Source of the DNA: Dehalococcoidia bacterium
GTDB taxonomy: Bacteria; Chloroflexota; Dehalococcoidia; Plut-88900
Direction: 5' to 3'
Length of the DNA: 64,000 nucleotides
Assembly: GCA_965197585.1 (NCBI GenBank)
Contig: OZ240215.1
Coordinates: forward strand, 1,088,001 to 1,152,000
Below the pieces are notes generated by a model. That model ran no database searches. It was not told the DNA's origin and saw only the letters and a list, made by a program, of their open reading frames with translations. Positions 28,804 to 36,660 of this stretch are shown piece after piece (positions within the stretch are counted from its first letter, which is position 1; the number at the start of each line of letters is the position of its first letter). Position numbers and translations under genes: made by a program.

Positions 28804-29706
28804 ATGGGCCAACTGGTAAGCCTCCTCGCCGCGATGCGGCCCAGGCAGTGGACCAAGAACTTTGTTGTCTTTCTGCCCATGGCCTTCACCATCAACCTGG
28901 CCTGGGACCCGGGCAACGTCGGCGAAGTGCTCGACATCCTCGCTTCAGCGGCGTCGGCCTTCGGCCTGTTCTGCCTCCTCTCCTCCGCCGTCTACCTACT
29001 CAACGATCTCGCCGACGCCGAGAAAGACCGCCTTCACCCGAAGAAAGCCTCGAGGGGCGTGGCCTCGGGCCGGTTGTCCAAGGGGCTTGCCGCATTCGCT
29101 GCGATGCTCTTTGTCGGTGCGGCGTTGCCCCTCGGCTTTCTTGTCGAAGTCAGCTACGGCTGGGCCCAACTCGCCTATGTGGGGATATCTGTCGTTTACA
29201 TAAGCATAGTGCGTCAGCTGGTAATTCTTGACGTGTTCGCAATATCGGCGGGGTTCATTGTGCGTGCCGCCGCCGGGGCCCTGGTCATTTCCGCCGACCC
29301 TTCACCCTGGCTATACATCTGCACGGGGCTCGGGGCCCTGTTCATCGGGTTTGCCAAGCGGCGGCAGGAGATGCTGACGCTGAAAGAAGATGGAACAGAG
29401 CATCGGGCCAGCCTGGGCGGCTACTCCCTCCCGATGCTCGACCATCTCATCACTATGCTCATGGCCTCCACCCTCATCGCATACATCCTCTACACCTTCA
29501 CCGCCGACAACCTGCCTCCCAACGATGCCATGATGTTCACGATCCCTTTCGTGGCCTTTGGCATAGCCCGCTATTTCTACCTGATTCACGCCAAACAGGC
29601 GGGCGGCAACCCCGAGGATATCCTGCTCAAGGACGTGCCGATTTTGCTGTCGGTGGCGGGCTGGCTGGCGGCAACTGTGGGCATCCTGCTGGCCTACCGG
29701 GAGTGA
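28804..29706 (+). CDS. Decaprenyl-phosphate phosphoribosyltransferase-like UbiA prenyltransferase
   Basis: RPRQWTKN, NDLADAEKDRLHPKK, ILDV, KRRQE. Confidence 0.88.
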   Translation: MGQLVSLLAAMRPRQWTKNFVVFLPMAFTINLAWDPGNVGEVLDILASAASAFGLFCLLSSAVYLLNDLADAEKDRLHPKKASRGVASGRLSKGLAAFAAMLFVGAALPLGFLVEVSYGWAQLAYVGISVVYISIVRQLVILDVFAISAGFIVRAAAGALVISADPSPWLYICTGLGALFIGFAKRRQEMLTLKEDGTEHRASLGGYSLPMLDHLITMLMASTLIAYILYTFTADNLPPNDAMMFTIPFVAFGIARYFYLIHAKQAGGNPEDILLKDVPILLSVAGWLAATVGILLAYRE

Positions 29707-29749
29707 GGTGATCCCCCACCCCCGCGCCTCGCTCGACCCTCCGATGCTC

Positions 29750-29820
29750 TCGGCCAAAGGCGGACTCACAGCCCGATCGGGGCCGGGAATGATCCGCCTG
29801 AGGCGGACAGGCTCCCCTCG
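29750..29820. repeat. Short palindromic CCGCC-nnn-GGCGG mini-elements
   Basis: GATCCGCCTGAGGCGGACAGGCTC at about 29791-29814 resembles GATCCGCCGAGGCGGGAGGCTC at 62223 and 62419. A degenerate CGGCCAAAGGCGGAC lies at 29751. Confidence 0.55.
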
Positions 29821-29828
29821 GGGGGGGG

Positions 29829-31217
29829 TTATTCATAGCCTTTTCTGAGGCGGCCGGTGGCGCGGCGGGGGATGTAGTGGGAGGCGTGGACGAGGAGGGC
29901 GAGGGAGGATAGGAAGTCATCGTGGCCTTGGGATGGTTCTACGAAGAAGTTGATGGTCTGGTTGGGTCTGATTACGCTCCTTGCCTTAGAGATTTGGGAC
30001 CAGAATTCTTGGGACTCGGGGGAGCCGTCGGGCTTGTAGATTTGGAGCCTGCCGGAGTTGACAGAGGCCAAGAGGTCAAAGCCGAGGTCGGACTTGCTGC
30101 GGGCGGTGAAGGTGAAAGGTTTGACGATGGAAGATCCTAGACGTTTGCGCAGGAAGGCGGCGACGCCTGCGCCTATACCGGTGGCGTCGACGATAACTCT
30201 GCGGCAGCCCCATTTTTCTTTGAGGATGTGGACGAGGGACGAGAAAATCTCGGTATGGGGCCTGCCCGTCCACCAGTGGTGCTCGACTACCCGAAGGGAG
30301 GGGAGCACGAACCCGCTTCCGTCGTCGAGCGAACAGAGTTCGCCAATGGTGACGACGGTGGAGTCCCGTAAGGGCTCGTTGGCCCTGAGCCCGCCGTTAG
30401 CGGGCCCGTCTGACTCGCCAGCAAGGTCTATGCCGGCGACGTATGTGCGCTGAGCAAGGGGAACGCGTAAGCGGCAGTGGTTGCCTTGGAGAAGGGCCAG
30501 CCGCGTATTATCCAGGAACCTTCCATCGTTGGAGACGGGAGTGAGGCAGTACTGGGAGAGGAAAAGGGGGTGATCGCTACCGAGGCGGACCCGTTCAGCC
30601 TCGACGTAGCGTTTGTAGTGAGGGTTGAATTTGGCGACGGCCTGCCAGTCGAACTCGAAGTGGCGGCGGATGCCGTCTGAGCGTTGGAGTTCGAGGTTTG
30701 ACTGCTTGGACTGTTCGAGGAGGGAGTCTTCGTCCCAGGCGGTGCCGTAGTGGACGGTGGTGACGTTGGAGGATGCACCCATAGGCATGAAGTCTCGGTT
30801 GAACTTATCAGGAGATACGTCCTGGGATTCATCTACTTCCAATAGTGTGTCGGCGGTGTTGCCGACGACGTTGCTGGAGGGGTGGGCACTGAGAAATAAC
30901 TGGCGGGCGCGGTGTAAGTGAAAAGTGCGGCCGAGCTTGGAGTAATAGGGGGCTAGGCAGGCGCGGTCCATGACCTGTTGGAGGCGAGAGATGCTGATGT
31001 TGACCTGCGGGTCAAAGGTAGGTGCGGCCTTGATGGCGGCACCACCGACCTGGGAGAAGGCAGTAAGCAGGTAAGCCTCAATATGGGCGGATAGCTCGTT
31101 CTTGCCGCCCTGTCGGGCGATCATGACGGAGAAGGATAGGCCCTTGCGATGGCGGACGCTATCGATGACGGCAGTGGCTATCTCCTGCTGGTAGGGCCTG
31201 AGATCGTGAAGGGTCAC
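29829..31217 (-). CDS. Phage terminase large subunit-like ATPase/nuclease
   Basis: LRPYQ adenine-binding motif, ARQGGKN Walker A, LLEVDESQ Walker B, YGTA motif III, and RNase H acidic motifs GIDLAG, VDATGIG, HDD. GTGA overlap with the upstream ORF. Confidence 0.85.
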   Translation of the reverse strand: MTLHDLRPYQQEIATAVIDSVRHRKGLSFSVMIARQGGKNELSAHIEAYLLTAFSQVGGAAIKAAPTFDPQVNISISRLQQVMDRACLAPYYSKLGRTFHLHRARQLFLSAHPSSNVVGNTADTLLEVDESQDVSPDKFNRDFMPMGASSNVTTVHYGTAWDEDSLLEQSKQSNLELQRSDGIRRHFEFDWQAVAKFNPHYKRYVEAERVRLGSDHPLFLSQYCLTPVSNDGRFLDNTRLALLQGNHCRLRVPLAQRTYVAGIDLAGESDGPANGGLRANEPLRDSTVVTIGELCSLDDGSGFVLPSLRVVEHHWWTGRPHTEIFSSLVHILKEKWGCRRVIVDATGIGAGVAAFLRKRLGSSIVKPFTFTARSKSDLGFDLLASVNSGRLQIYKPDGSPESQEFWSQISKARSVIRPNQTINFFVEPSQGHDDFLSSLALLVHASHYIPRRATGRLRKGYE

Positions 31218-31435
31218 CAAGGGGTGACTCCGGCGATGCCGAATACGAACTGGAGCATGGCGGCGACCATTACGAAGAAGAAGAGGATGTTGATGCGGCC
31301 CTTGACCTCGGCGACCTGCTGTTGAAGTTCTGCGAGACGCATTTCAAGGACGGCGTCGAAGGTGGATTCGGGCCGGATGGCGGGAGGCGCGACGGTGTGG
31401 GGTTTGCGGTTGAATATGTTCATCGGGTTAATCAT
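31214..31435 (-). CDS. Small coiled-coil + TM protein in the terminase cassette
   Basis: RLAELQQQVAEVKGRIN followed by ILFFFVMVAAMLQFVFGIAGV. ATGA/GTGA couplings on both sides. Confidence 0.7.
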   Translation of the reverse strand: MINPMNIFNRKPHTVAPPAIRPESTFDAVLEMRLAELQQQVAEVKGRINILFFFVMVAAMLQFVFGIAGVTPW

Positions 31436-31830
31436 GCGTTTTCGTTCCAGGGGATTCTGTCGAGTCCCAGAGTGTCGGTGGCTTCTCTGAGCATGTTCTC
31501 GATGGCCTTGCCGTCAGGGTCCTGGGAGTCTCCAGAGGCACGTATCTTGGCGGCGTAGGCGCGGATAAGGAGTTCGATAACCTTGAGTATTCGGGGCTCG
31601 TTTTTGACTATATTGACAAGGAGTCCTCTGAGGCGAAAACGGAGGAAGGCGACTTCCTGGTCGATTCCTTCGATCACCCCTGCTTCTGCGAGGACTTCTC
31701 TCATTTCATCGATCAACACAGAACCGTAGAAGGAGTCACCCGGGACGCCGGGATTGCGGGCGCGGCGACCCCGGGGTTCCTTGGACTCGGGGCGCGGGTT
31801 GGGTAGGGGGTTGGGGGTCTTTCTGGTCAT
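31432..31830 (-). CDS. Putative terminase small subunit-like protein
   Basis: 132 aa, basic N-terminus, helical GIDQEVAFLRFRL core, AAAGGA RBS. First gene of the operon upstream of TerL. Confidence 0.6.
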   Translation of the reverse strand: MTRKTPNPLPNPRPESKEPRGRRARNPGVPGDSFYGSVLIDEMREVLAEAGVIEGIDQEVAFLRFRLRGLLVNIVKNEPRILKVIELLIRAYAAKIRASGDSQDPDGKAIENMLREATDTLGLDRIPWNENA

Positions 31831-31912
31831 TCGGCAGTCCTTTCGATCTTTTCGTCAATTCAGCTTGTTCCGGCAAGGGGCCCGGCCCTTATGCGGGCCC
31901 GAGTCGGAGTGC

Positions 31913-31942
31913 AATATAGAATATGTGTACTAGGTTAGTCAA
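31913..31942 (-). promoter_or_regulatory. Promoter of the terminase cassette with SOS (LexA)-box-like palindrome
   Basis: TTGACT-18-TATATT on the minus strand. TAGTAC-ACAT-ATTCTA (31917-31932) covers the spacer and the edge of the -10. Confidence 0.6.
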
Positions 31943-32002
31943 TGGGTCCGTGTCACTTTTGGGTGGCGGGCTCGCGCGAACCGATCCTACGGGAGGAGAG
32001 GA

Positions 32003-32103
32003 ACCCTCACCCCCTTGCTCCCCCTCTCCCTTAGGGCCTTTAAGGGAGAGGGGGAGATATGAACAGGGGCAGACGCATGTGCGTGGCACATGCGTCTGCC
32101 CCT
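32003..32103. repeat. Cluster of REP-like palindromes
   Basis: CCCCCTCTCCCTTA..TAAGGGAGAGGGGG hairpin, and a perfect 18-bp stem AGGGGCAGACGCATGTGC-GTG-GCACATGCGTCTGCCCCT (32065-32103). Confidence 0.7.
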
Positions 32104-32155
32104 AGTTCAGTACTGAGGGGAGGGGTGGATTGACTGGTGTCGGGGGTGGGGGAGT

Positions 32156-32184
32156 TTGACACCGAGAGCGTGAATAACTATAAT
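32156..32184 (+). promoter_or_regulatory. Consensus sigma70 promoter of the rpmH operon
   Basis: TTGACA-17-TATAAT exact consensus. Confidence 0.9.
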
Positions 32185-32210
32185 CGGCATTCCTAAACGA
32201 GTCTGAAAAC

Positions 32211-32348
32211 ATGCCTAAAAGAACCTATCAACCAAAGAGGTTGCCCCGAAAGAGGAAGCACGGGTTCCGTGCCCGAATGAGTACCCGAGGCGGACGTGAC
32301 GTTATACACCGCCGAAGGGCCAAGGGCAGGACCAGTCTGAACGTTTAG
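32211..32348 (+). CDS. rpmH: 50S ribosomal protein L34
   Basis: Not in ORF track. Translates as [45 protein letters not shown]. Confidence 0.97.
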   Translation: MPKRTYQPKRLPRKRKHGFRARMSTRGGRDVIHRRRAKGRTSLNV

Positions 32349-32385
32349 GGCTTACAATTTCGAACACTAAAGAAAGGGGAGCCCG

Positions 32386-32748
32386 CTGCTGAAGGGTACG
32401 GCCAGGGATCGAAGGCTCAAAAAGAGCCGCGACTTTGATCGGGTCCTCAGGAGGGGCAAGCGCAGGGCAAACGGGTTTCTGGTACTCGGCGCCATTCCCA
32501 ACGGTCTTGAAGTCAGCAGGTTCGGCTTCTCGGTTGGAAAGAGAGTCGGCAACGCTGTCCGGCGGAACCTCGTAAAGCGTAGACTGCGGAACATCATGAC
32601 TGAGCTGTGCGGCCAGGACGGATGGGACCTCGTAGTCATCGCCAGGAAGACCGCCTCAGAGGCCGGATACCGTGACCTTAAGATGGCTTTAACCGGTCTG
32701 TTGCGATCGAGCGGCCTGCTCGGTAAACGTAACGCCAGCGCAGTTTAA
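32386..32748 (+). CDS. rnpA: Ribonuclease P protein component (non-canonical CTG start)
   Basis: Not in ORF track. RLKKSRDFDRV, RFGFSVGKRVGNAVRRNLVKRRLR, WDLVVIARK. Lies between rpmH and yidD. Confidence 0.92.
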   Translation: MLKGTARDRRLKKSRDFDRVLRRGKRRANGFLVLGAIPNGLEVSRFGFSVGKRVGNAVRRNLVKRRLRNIMTELCGQDGWDLVVIARKTASEAGYRDLKMALTGLLRSSGLLGKRNASAV

Positions 32749-32750
32749 GC

Positions 32751-32972
32751 ATGGTCCCTAAACGGCTTGTCCTGGCCCTGATCGGCTTTTATCGCCAGTT
32801 TGTATCTCCTTACTATGGCCCCGGCCCCACCTGCCGCTATCTCCCAACTTGCTCTGAATACGGCCAGGACGCGGTCGAAAGATACGGAGCCCTCAAAGGC
32901 GGCTGGTTGACTATCCGGCGGATCGGCCGGTGCCATCCACTATCAGCAGGCGGGTACGACCCAGTACCTTGA
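32751..32972 (+). CDS. yidD: Membrane protein insertion efficiency factor
   Basis: CRYLPTCSEY, RCHP..GGYDPVP. Confidence 0.95.
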   Translation: MVPKRLVLALIGFYRQFVSPYYGPGPTCRYLPTCSEYGQDAVERYGALKGGWLTIRRIGRCHPLSAGGYDPVP

Positions 32973-33031
32973 AAGGCCATCACGTAATTCCCGGCAATAA
33001 CCGCCTCCCTCAAGAGGCGTCTGTCCGCGAT

Positions 33032-34339
33032 ATGATTTCTCGGGTATCACCGACGCCCGCCTTGGCGTCGGATGAGGTTCCCGTCTCTCGCATCCGGTCG
33101 CGAAAAGTGACCGGCAAACTTCTGCTGATCCTTCTATTGGTTGGGCTGCTTGCTACTCTTGCCTGCAGCCGAGCCGGTCTGGGCATCAACTTCGAGGGCT
33201 GGGGTGGCCCGACCTCCATCGGCAACTCTGTTTACATACCCACAAAGAAGGACGCCGACCAGGCCAGCATTCGGGTTATCGATGCGGTCTCCGGAGCTGT
33301 TAACGGCATGTTCACGGCGACCGGTGAGTCCACGTCCATTTACGGCGCACCCGTCCAGGGACCCGGAGCTGATGGTCAAACTACCTTCGTCACGGTAATC
33401 TACACCGCCGACGGTCAGAGCTACGGCAGGGTCTTCGCCATTGGGCCGGACGGCTTCGACAGCCCCGTGTGGCAGTTTCCCGAGGTCGGGATGGACTCCG
33501 TTGGCTCCATATTTGGCGGTGTGGCCTACTCACAAGCCACCAACACCGTCTACTTTGGCGCCGACGATGGCATGTTGTATGCCCTGGACGCGGGCACCGG
33601 AGAGCCGAAGCTTGGCACCGGAGGCGTTTTCTTCCCCGCCGAGGCTCCTATCTGGTCGACACCTATGGTCGAGAACGGCGTGGTCTATTTCGGGACCATG
33701 GACGGCATCCTGTACGGCGTCGGCGAGACCGGTGGCAAGATTCTTGAGTTCAAGGCCGGGGGGGCCATTACCGCAACCCCGATAGTCGAGGAAGGAATTG
33801 CTTACGTCGGCTCCTTTGACAAGAACTTCTACGCCGTGCCCGTCAACGGAGGCCTGAACGCCACGCCCCGCTGGATATACTCTACCAACGGCTGGATCTG
33901 GGCCGACGCCCTCTTCGCCGCCGATGCAAGAGGACAAGACTTTATCTTCGTATCTTCACTTGACGGCAGCGTGCAGGCCGTCAACGCTGCCTCCGGTTCC
34001 CCCCTCTGGCCCAATCCTTTCATCGCCTCCGAGGGCATCCGCGGCACACCGGCACTGGTTAGCAAGACGGGTGGCGGCAGCCAGTTCTCCAGTCTCGCCG
34101 ACAAGGTATTGGTAGTCGGGTCCAGGGATGGCATGCTATATGGCCTGGACCCGCAGACCGGGGCTCCTGCATGGGAGCAGCCCTTCAACACCCGGGCCCT
34201 GGGCGACGGTGACGGCCAAATCCTTGCGCCTGTCGCCTCCCGAGGCAACGCAGCCTTTGTGGTCACGTCGAAATACGATATATTCGCAGTTGACGCGAAT
34301 ACCGGACAGGCATTGCCGGGCTTCACGTCTCTACAGTAG
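33032..34339 (+). CDS. PQQ-type (BamB-like) beta-propeller lipoprotein; start uncertain (ATG 33032 or GTG 33107)
   Basis: Lipobox LATLAC and repeated blades (VYFGADDGMLYALDA, GSFDKNFYAV, GSRDGMLYGLD). Confidence 0.85.
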   Translation: MISRVSPTPALASDEVPVSRIRSRKVTGKLLLILLLVGLLATLACSRAGLGINFEGWGGPTSIGNSVYIPTKKDADQASIRVIDAVSGAVNGMFTATGESTSIYGAPVQGPGADGQTTFVTVIYTADGQSYGRVFAIGPDGFDSPVWQFPEVGMDSVGSIFGGVAYSQATNTVYFGADDGMLYALDAGTGEPKLGTGGVFFPAEAPIWSTPMVENGVVYFGTMDGILYGVGETGGKILEFKAGGAITATPIVEEGIAYVGSFDKNFYAVPVNGGLNATPRWIYSTNGWIWADALFAADARGQDFIFVSSLDGSVQAVNAASGSPLWPNPFIASEGIRGTPALVSKTGGGSQFSSLADKVLVVGSRDGMLYGLDPQTGAPAWEQPFNTRALGDGDGQILAPVASRGNAAFVVTSKYDIFAVDANTGQALPGFTSLQ

Positions 34340-34375
34340 ACACCGACGCAGGAAAAACAGGTCTAAAGAGCAAGC

Positions 34376-35293
34376 ATGGGCATAATAATAGACATCTGGG
34401 ACGCGCTCCTACTCCAGCCTATGCTGAACGCGCTGATCTTCCTGTATGGCGTCCTTGCTAGCAATTTCGGGCTGAGCATCATTGCCTTCACCATCGCGGT
34501 TCGCATAGCCATGTACCCGCTGACCCGCAAGCAGCTGAACGCCTCCCGAGCCATGTCTGGCCTCCAGCCGAAGATCCAGGAGATCCGGCAGAAATACGGC
34601 AAGGACTCCCAGAAGGTCACCCAGGAGACCATGAAGCTGTACAAGGAGGAGGGGGTGAACCCCATTGGGTGTTTGGGCCCGATGTTCGTGCAGCTTCCCA
34701 TATGGATTGGCCTCTATCAATCGATCATACAGGCCATGCCCCGGAACCCCGAGCGCCTTGTCGATCTCTCTCAGAAGCTGTACTCCTGGCTCCCCGGCGT
34801 CCACACCGCCATACCCCTCAACAAGGGCTTCCTCTGGTTCGACCTCTCGGAGCCCGACCCCACCAAGGTCATGCTTCCCTTACTCGTTGGCGGCTCGATG
34901 TGGGTGCAGCAGAAGATGATGGCCACCGTGTCCACGGACCCGAAACAGATGCAGATGAACCGGATGATGCAGTGGATGATGCCCGTGATGTTCGGCATGA
35001 TCACCATCGGATTCCCCAGCGGCCTGGCCTTATACTGGGTCGTGTCCAACACCATAGGTATCGCCTTGCAATACCGGGCCGCGGGGTGGGGTAACCTTTT
35101 CCCCTCAGCCGACATCGCTTCTCAGCCGGCTGACGCCCGTTCTGCTAAGGCCGCCGATAGCTCAAAGGAGATGGTAGTCCATGGAGAGCCTGGAAGTGTC
35201 GGCAAAGACAGTGGAGGAAGCGATCGACCTGGCCCTGAAACAACTCGAGGCAGATCGAGAAGAGGTCGACGTCGTCGTCGTAACAGAGGGTAG
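34376..35293 (+). CDS. yidC: Membrane protein insertase YidC/Oxa1
   Basis: NFGLSIIAFTIAVR, LQPKIQEI, LYKEEGVNPIGCL, PSGLALYW. Confidence 0.95.
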   Translation: MGIIIDIWDALLLQPMLNALIFLYGVLASNFGLSIIAFTIAVRIAMYPLTRKQLNASRAMSGLQPKIQEIRQKYGKDSQKVTQETMKLYKEEGVNPIGCLGPMFVQLPIWIGLYQSIIQAMPRNPERLVDLSQKLYSWLPGVHTAIPLNKGFLWFDLSEPDPTKVMLPLLVGGSMWVQQKMMATVSTDPKQMQMNRMMQWMMPVMFGMITIGFPSGLALYWVVSNTIGIALQYRAAGWGNLFPSADIASQPADARSAKAADSSKEMVVHGEPGSVGKDSGGSDRPGPETTRGRSRRGRRRRRNRG

Positions 35294-35840
35294 AGCGGGC
35301 ATTCTCGGAATCGGCAGCGAGCCCGCAAGGGTAAAGGTTACTCCCAGGGATAAGACCCCCGAGGCAGTCACCCTCGCCAAAGAGGTCCTTGAGGATATAT
35401 TCGACAGGCTGGATGTCGACGCCGAGGTCCGTCTGAGGACCAACAGCCTTTCCGGCAAGGACCTCTCCCTGGACATTCTCGGAGACGACTCGGGACTGCT
35501 CATAGGCCGGGGCGGCGTCACCCTGGACTCCCTCCAGTTCATGGTGAACTTCGTCGTCAGCCGCAGGCTCAACGAATGGTCCCCCGTCAACATAGACGTG
35601 GAGGGCTACCGCCAGCGAAGGTACACGTACCTGGAGACCCTTGCCGAAAGGCTCGCCAAGAGGGTTCGCAACACCGGCAAACCCTTTACCCTTGACCCGA
35701 TGCCTGCCAACGAACGCCGCATAATCCACCTGGCCCTCGCCAATAACTCCCAGGTCACCACCGAAAGCACTGGTAGCGGCAACGAACGTCGGTTGTCCAT
35801 CCGGCCCGCGCCCGGCTCCCGGCGTCCCTCCCGTAACTGA
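35181..35840 (+). CDS. jag: RNA-binding protein Jag/EloR (Jag_N-KH-R3H)
   Basis: AKTVEEAI, LIGRGGVTLDSLQ, PMPANERRIIH. AAGGAG RBS inside yidC. Confidence 0.95.
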   Translation: MESLEVSAKTVEEAIDLALKQLEADREEVDVVVVTEGRAGILGIGSEPARVKVTPRDKTPEAVTLAKEVLEDIFDRLDVDAEVRLRTNSLSGKDLSLDILGDDSGLLIGRGGVTLDSLQFMVNFVVSRRLNEWSPVNIDVEGYRQRRYTYLETLAERLAKRVRNTGKPFTLDPMPANERRIIHLALANNSQVTTESTGSGNERRLSIRPAPGSRRPSRN

Positions 35841-35894
35841 TCCCGCTGTGCGGGACTGAATAGTGAGGGAAAGTTTAGAGGGAGGAGGCTGAAT

Positions 35895-36206
35895 ATGACT
35901 CTAACCCCGAGCGAAAAAGAAAGACTGATAGACGAATCTTTAGAGATAATTGAGGAATTGGGTGGGGTGAAGAGTATCCGCGAGGGCCTCGCCGAAATGG
36001 ACACTGCTTGGCGGCGTATGGACCGCGAGAGTGAAACCTTGCTCAAGCTATACCCCGATAAATGGGTGGCGATGAGTAAGGATGGCGTTGTGGAAGTGGG
36101 CGACTCACTGGAGGGCGTTTTCAGCAAAGTAGACGCCTTGGGCTTACCCCGGAATTCCATCAATGTTAAATTCATCGCTACGCACCCTCGTACGTTGATC
36201 CTGTGA
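35895..36206 (+). CDS. Hypothetical protein (DUF5678-like)
   Basis: LLKLYPDKWVAM..GVV motif and GGAGGAGG RBS. Confidence 0.7.
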   Translation: MTLTPSEKERLIDESLEIIEELGGVKSIREGLAEMDTAWRRMDRESETLLKLYPDKWVAMSKDGVVEVGDSLEGVFSKVDALGLPRNSINVKFIATHPRTLIL

Positions 36207-36628
36207 CACTGGGTGGGTTTGACGGTGACGGATGGCCTTATATAAAGGGCTTTCTGGTCCTTCCTCGCCTGGGGATTTATGGCAATGTCCAATTTCTACT
36301 GGATACTGGGGCCGAATCAACGTGCATTCATCCGGTCGACTCCCTGAAGCTAGAAATACCCTTTGGTAGACTTCTTTCCCCAAGTATGTCCTACGGCGTT
36401 GGGGGGAGTTCCCTTTATCATAAAGAACCAGCCGTTCTTTCCTTTCTAGACGATGTGGTAATGCAGTCCTATAGAATTCGCCTATACATTGCCGATCCCA
36501 CCACCACAAATGCTGTGTTTCCTTCTCTGTTAGGCCGGGACGTATTGAATCGTTGGCGTGTAGAGTACGATCCAACAAAATTGAGTCTCGAATGCATAGT
36601 GCGTAGCGCCGACCGAACTGTAGACTGA
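36203..36628 (+). CDS. Retropepsin-like aspartyl protease
   Basis: FLLDTGA catalytic motif, GVGG flap, LLGRDVL. GTGA overlap. Confidence 0.85.
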   Translation: MTLGGFDGDGWPYIKGFLVLPRLGIYGNVQFLLDTGAESTCIHPVDSLKLEIPFGRLLSPSMSYGVGGSSLYHKEPAVLSFLDDVVMQSYRIRLYIADPTTTNAVFPSLLGRDVLNRWRVEYDPTKLSLECIVRSADRTVD

Positions 36629-36660
36629 ACAACCCCGGCTATTAACGCGGAGATTGCGCA

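Noticed and set aside
29820-29828. G9 tract as a phase-variation switch
   Set aside because: It lies just outside the TerL stop codon in a convergent intergenic region, so slippage would not change a frame or promoter.
29829-31830. Complete prophage
   Set aside because: No integrase, portal, capsid, tail or lysis cluster and no att repeats; the flanks are core genes.
35606-36632. Long minus-strand ORFs (228 and 162 aa) and similar antisense ORFs throughout the window
   Set aside because: Shadow frames of well-supported genes in GC-rich DNA, with no motifs or RBS.
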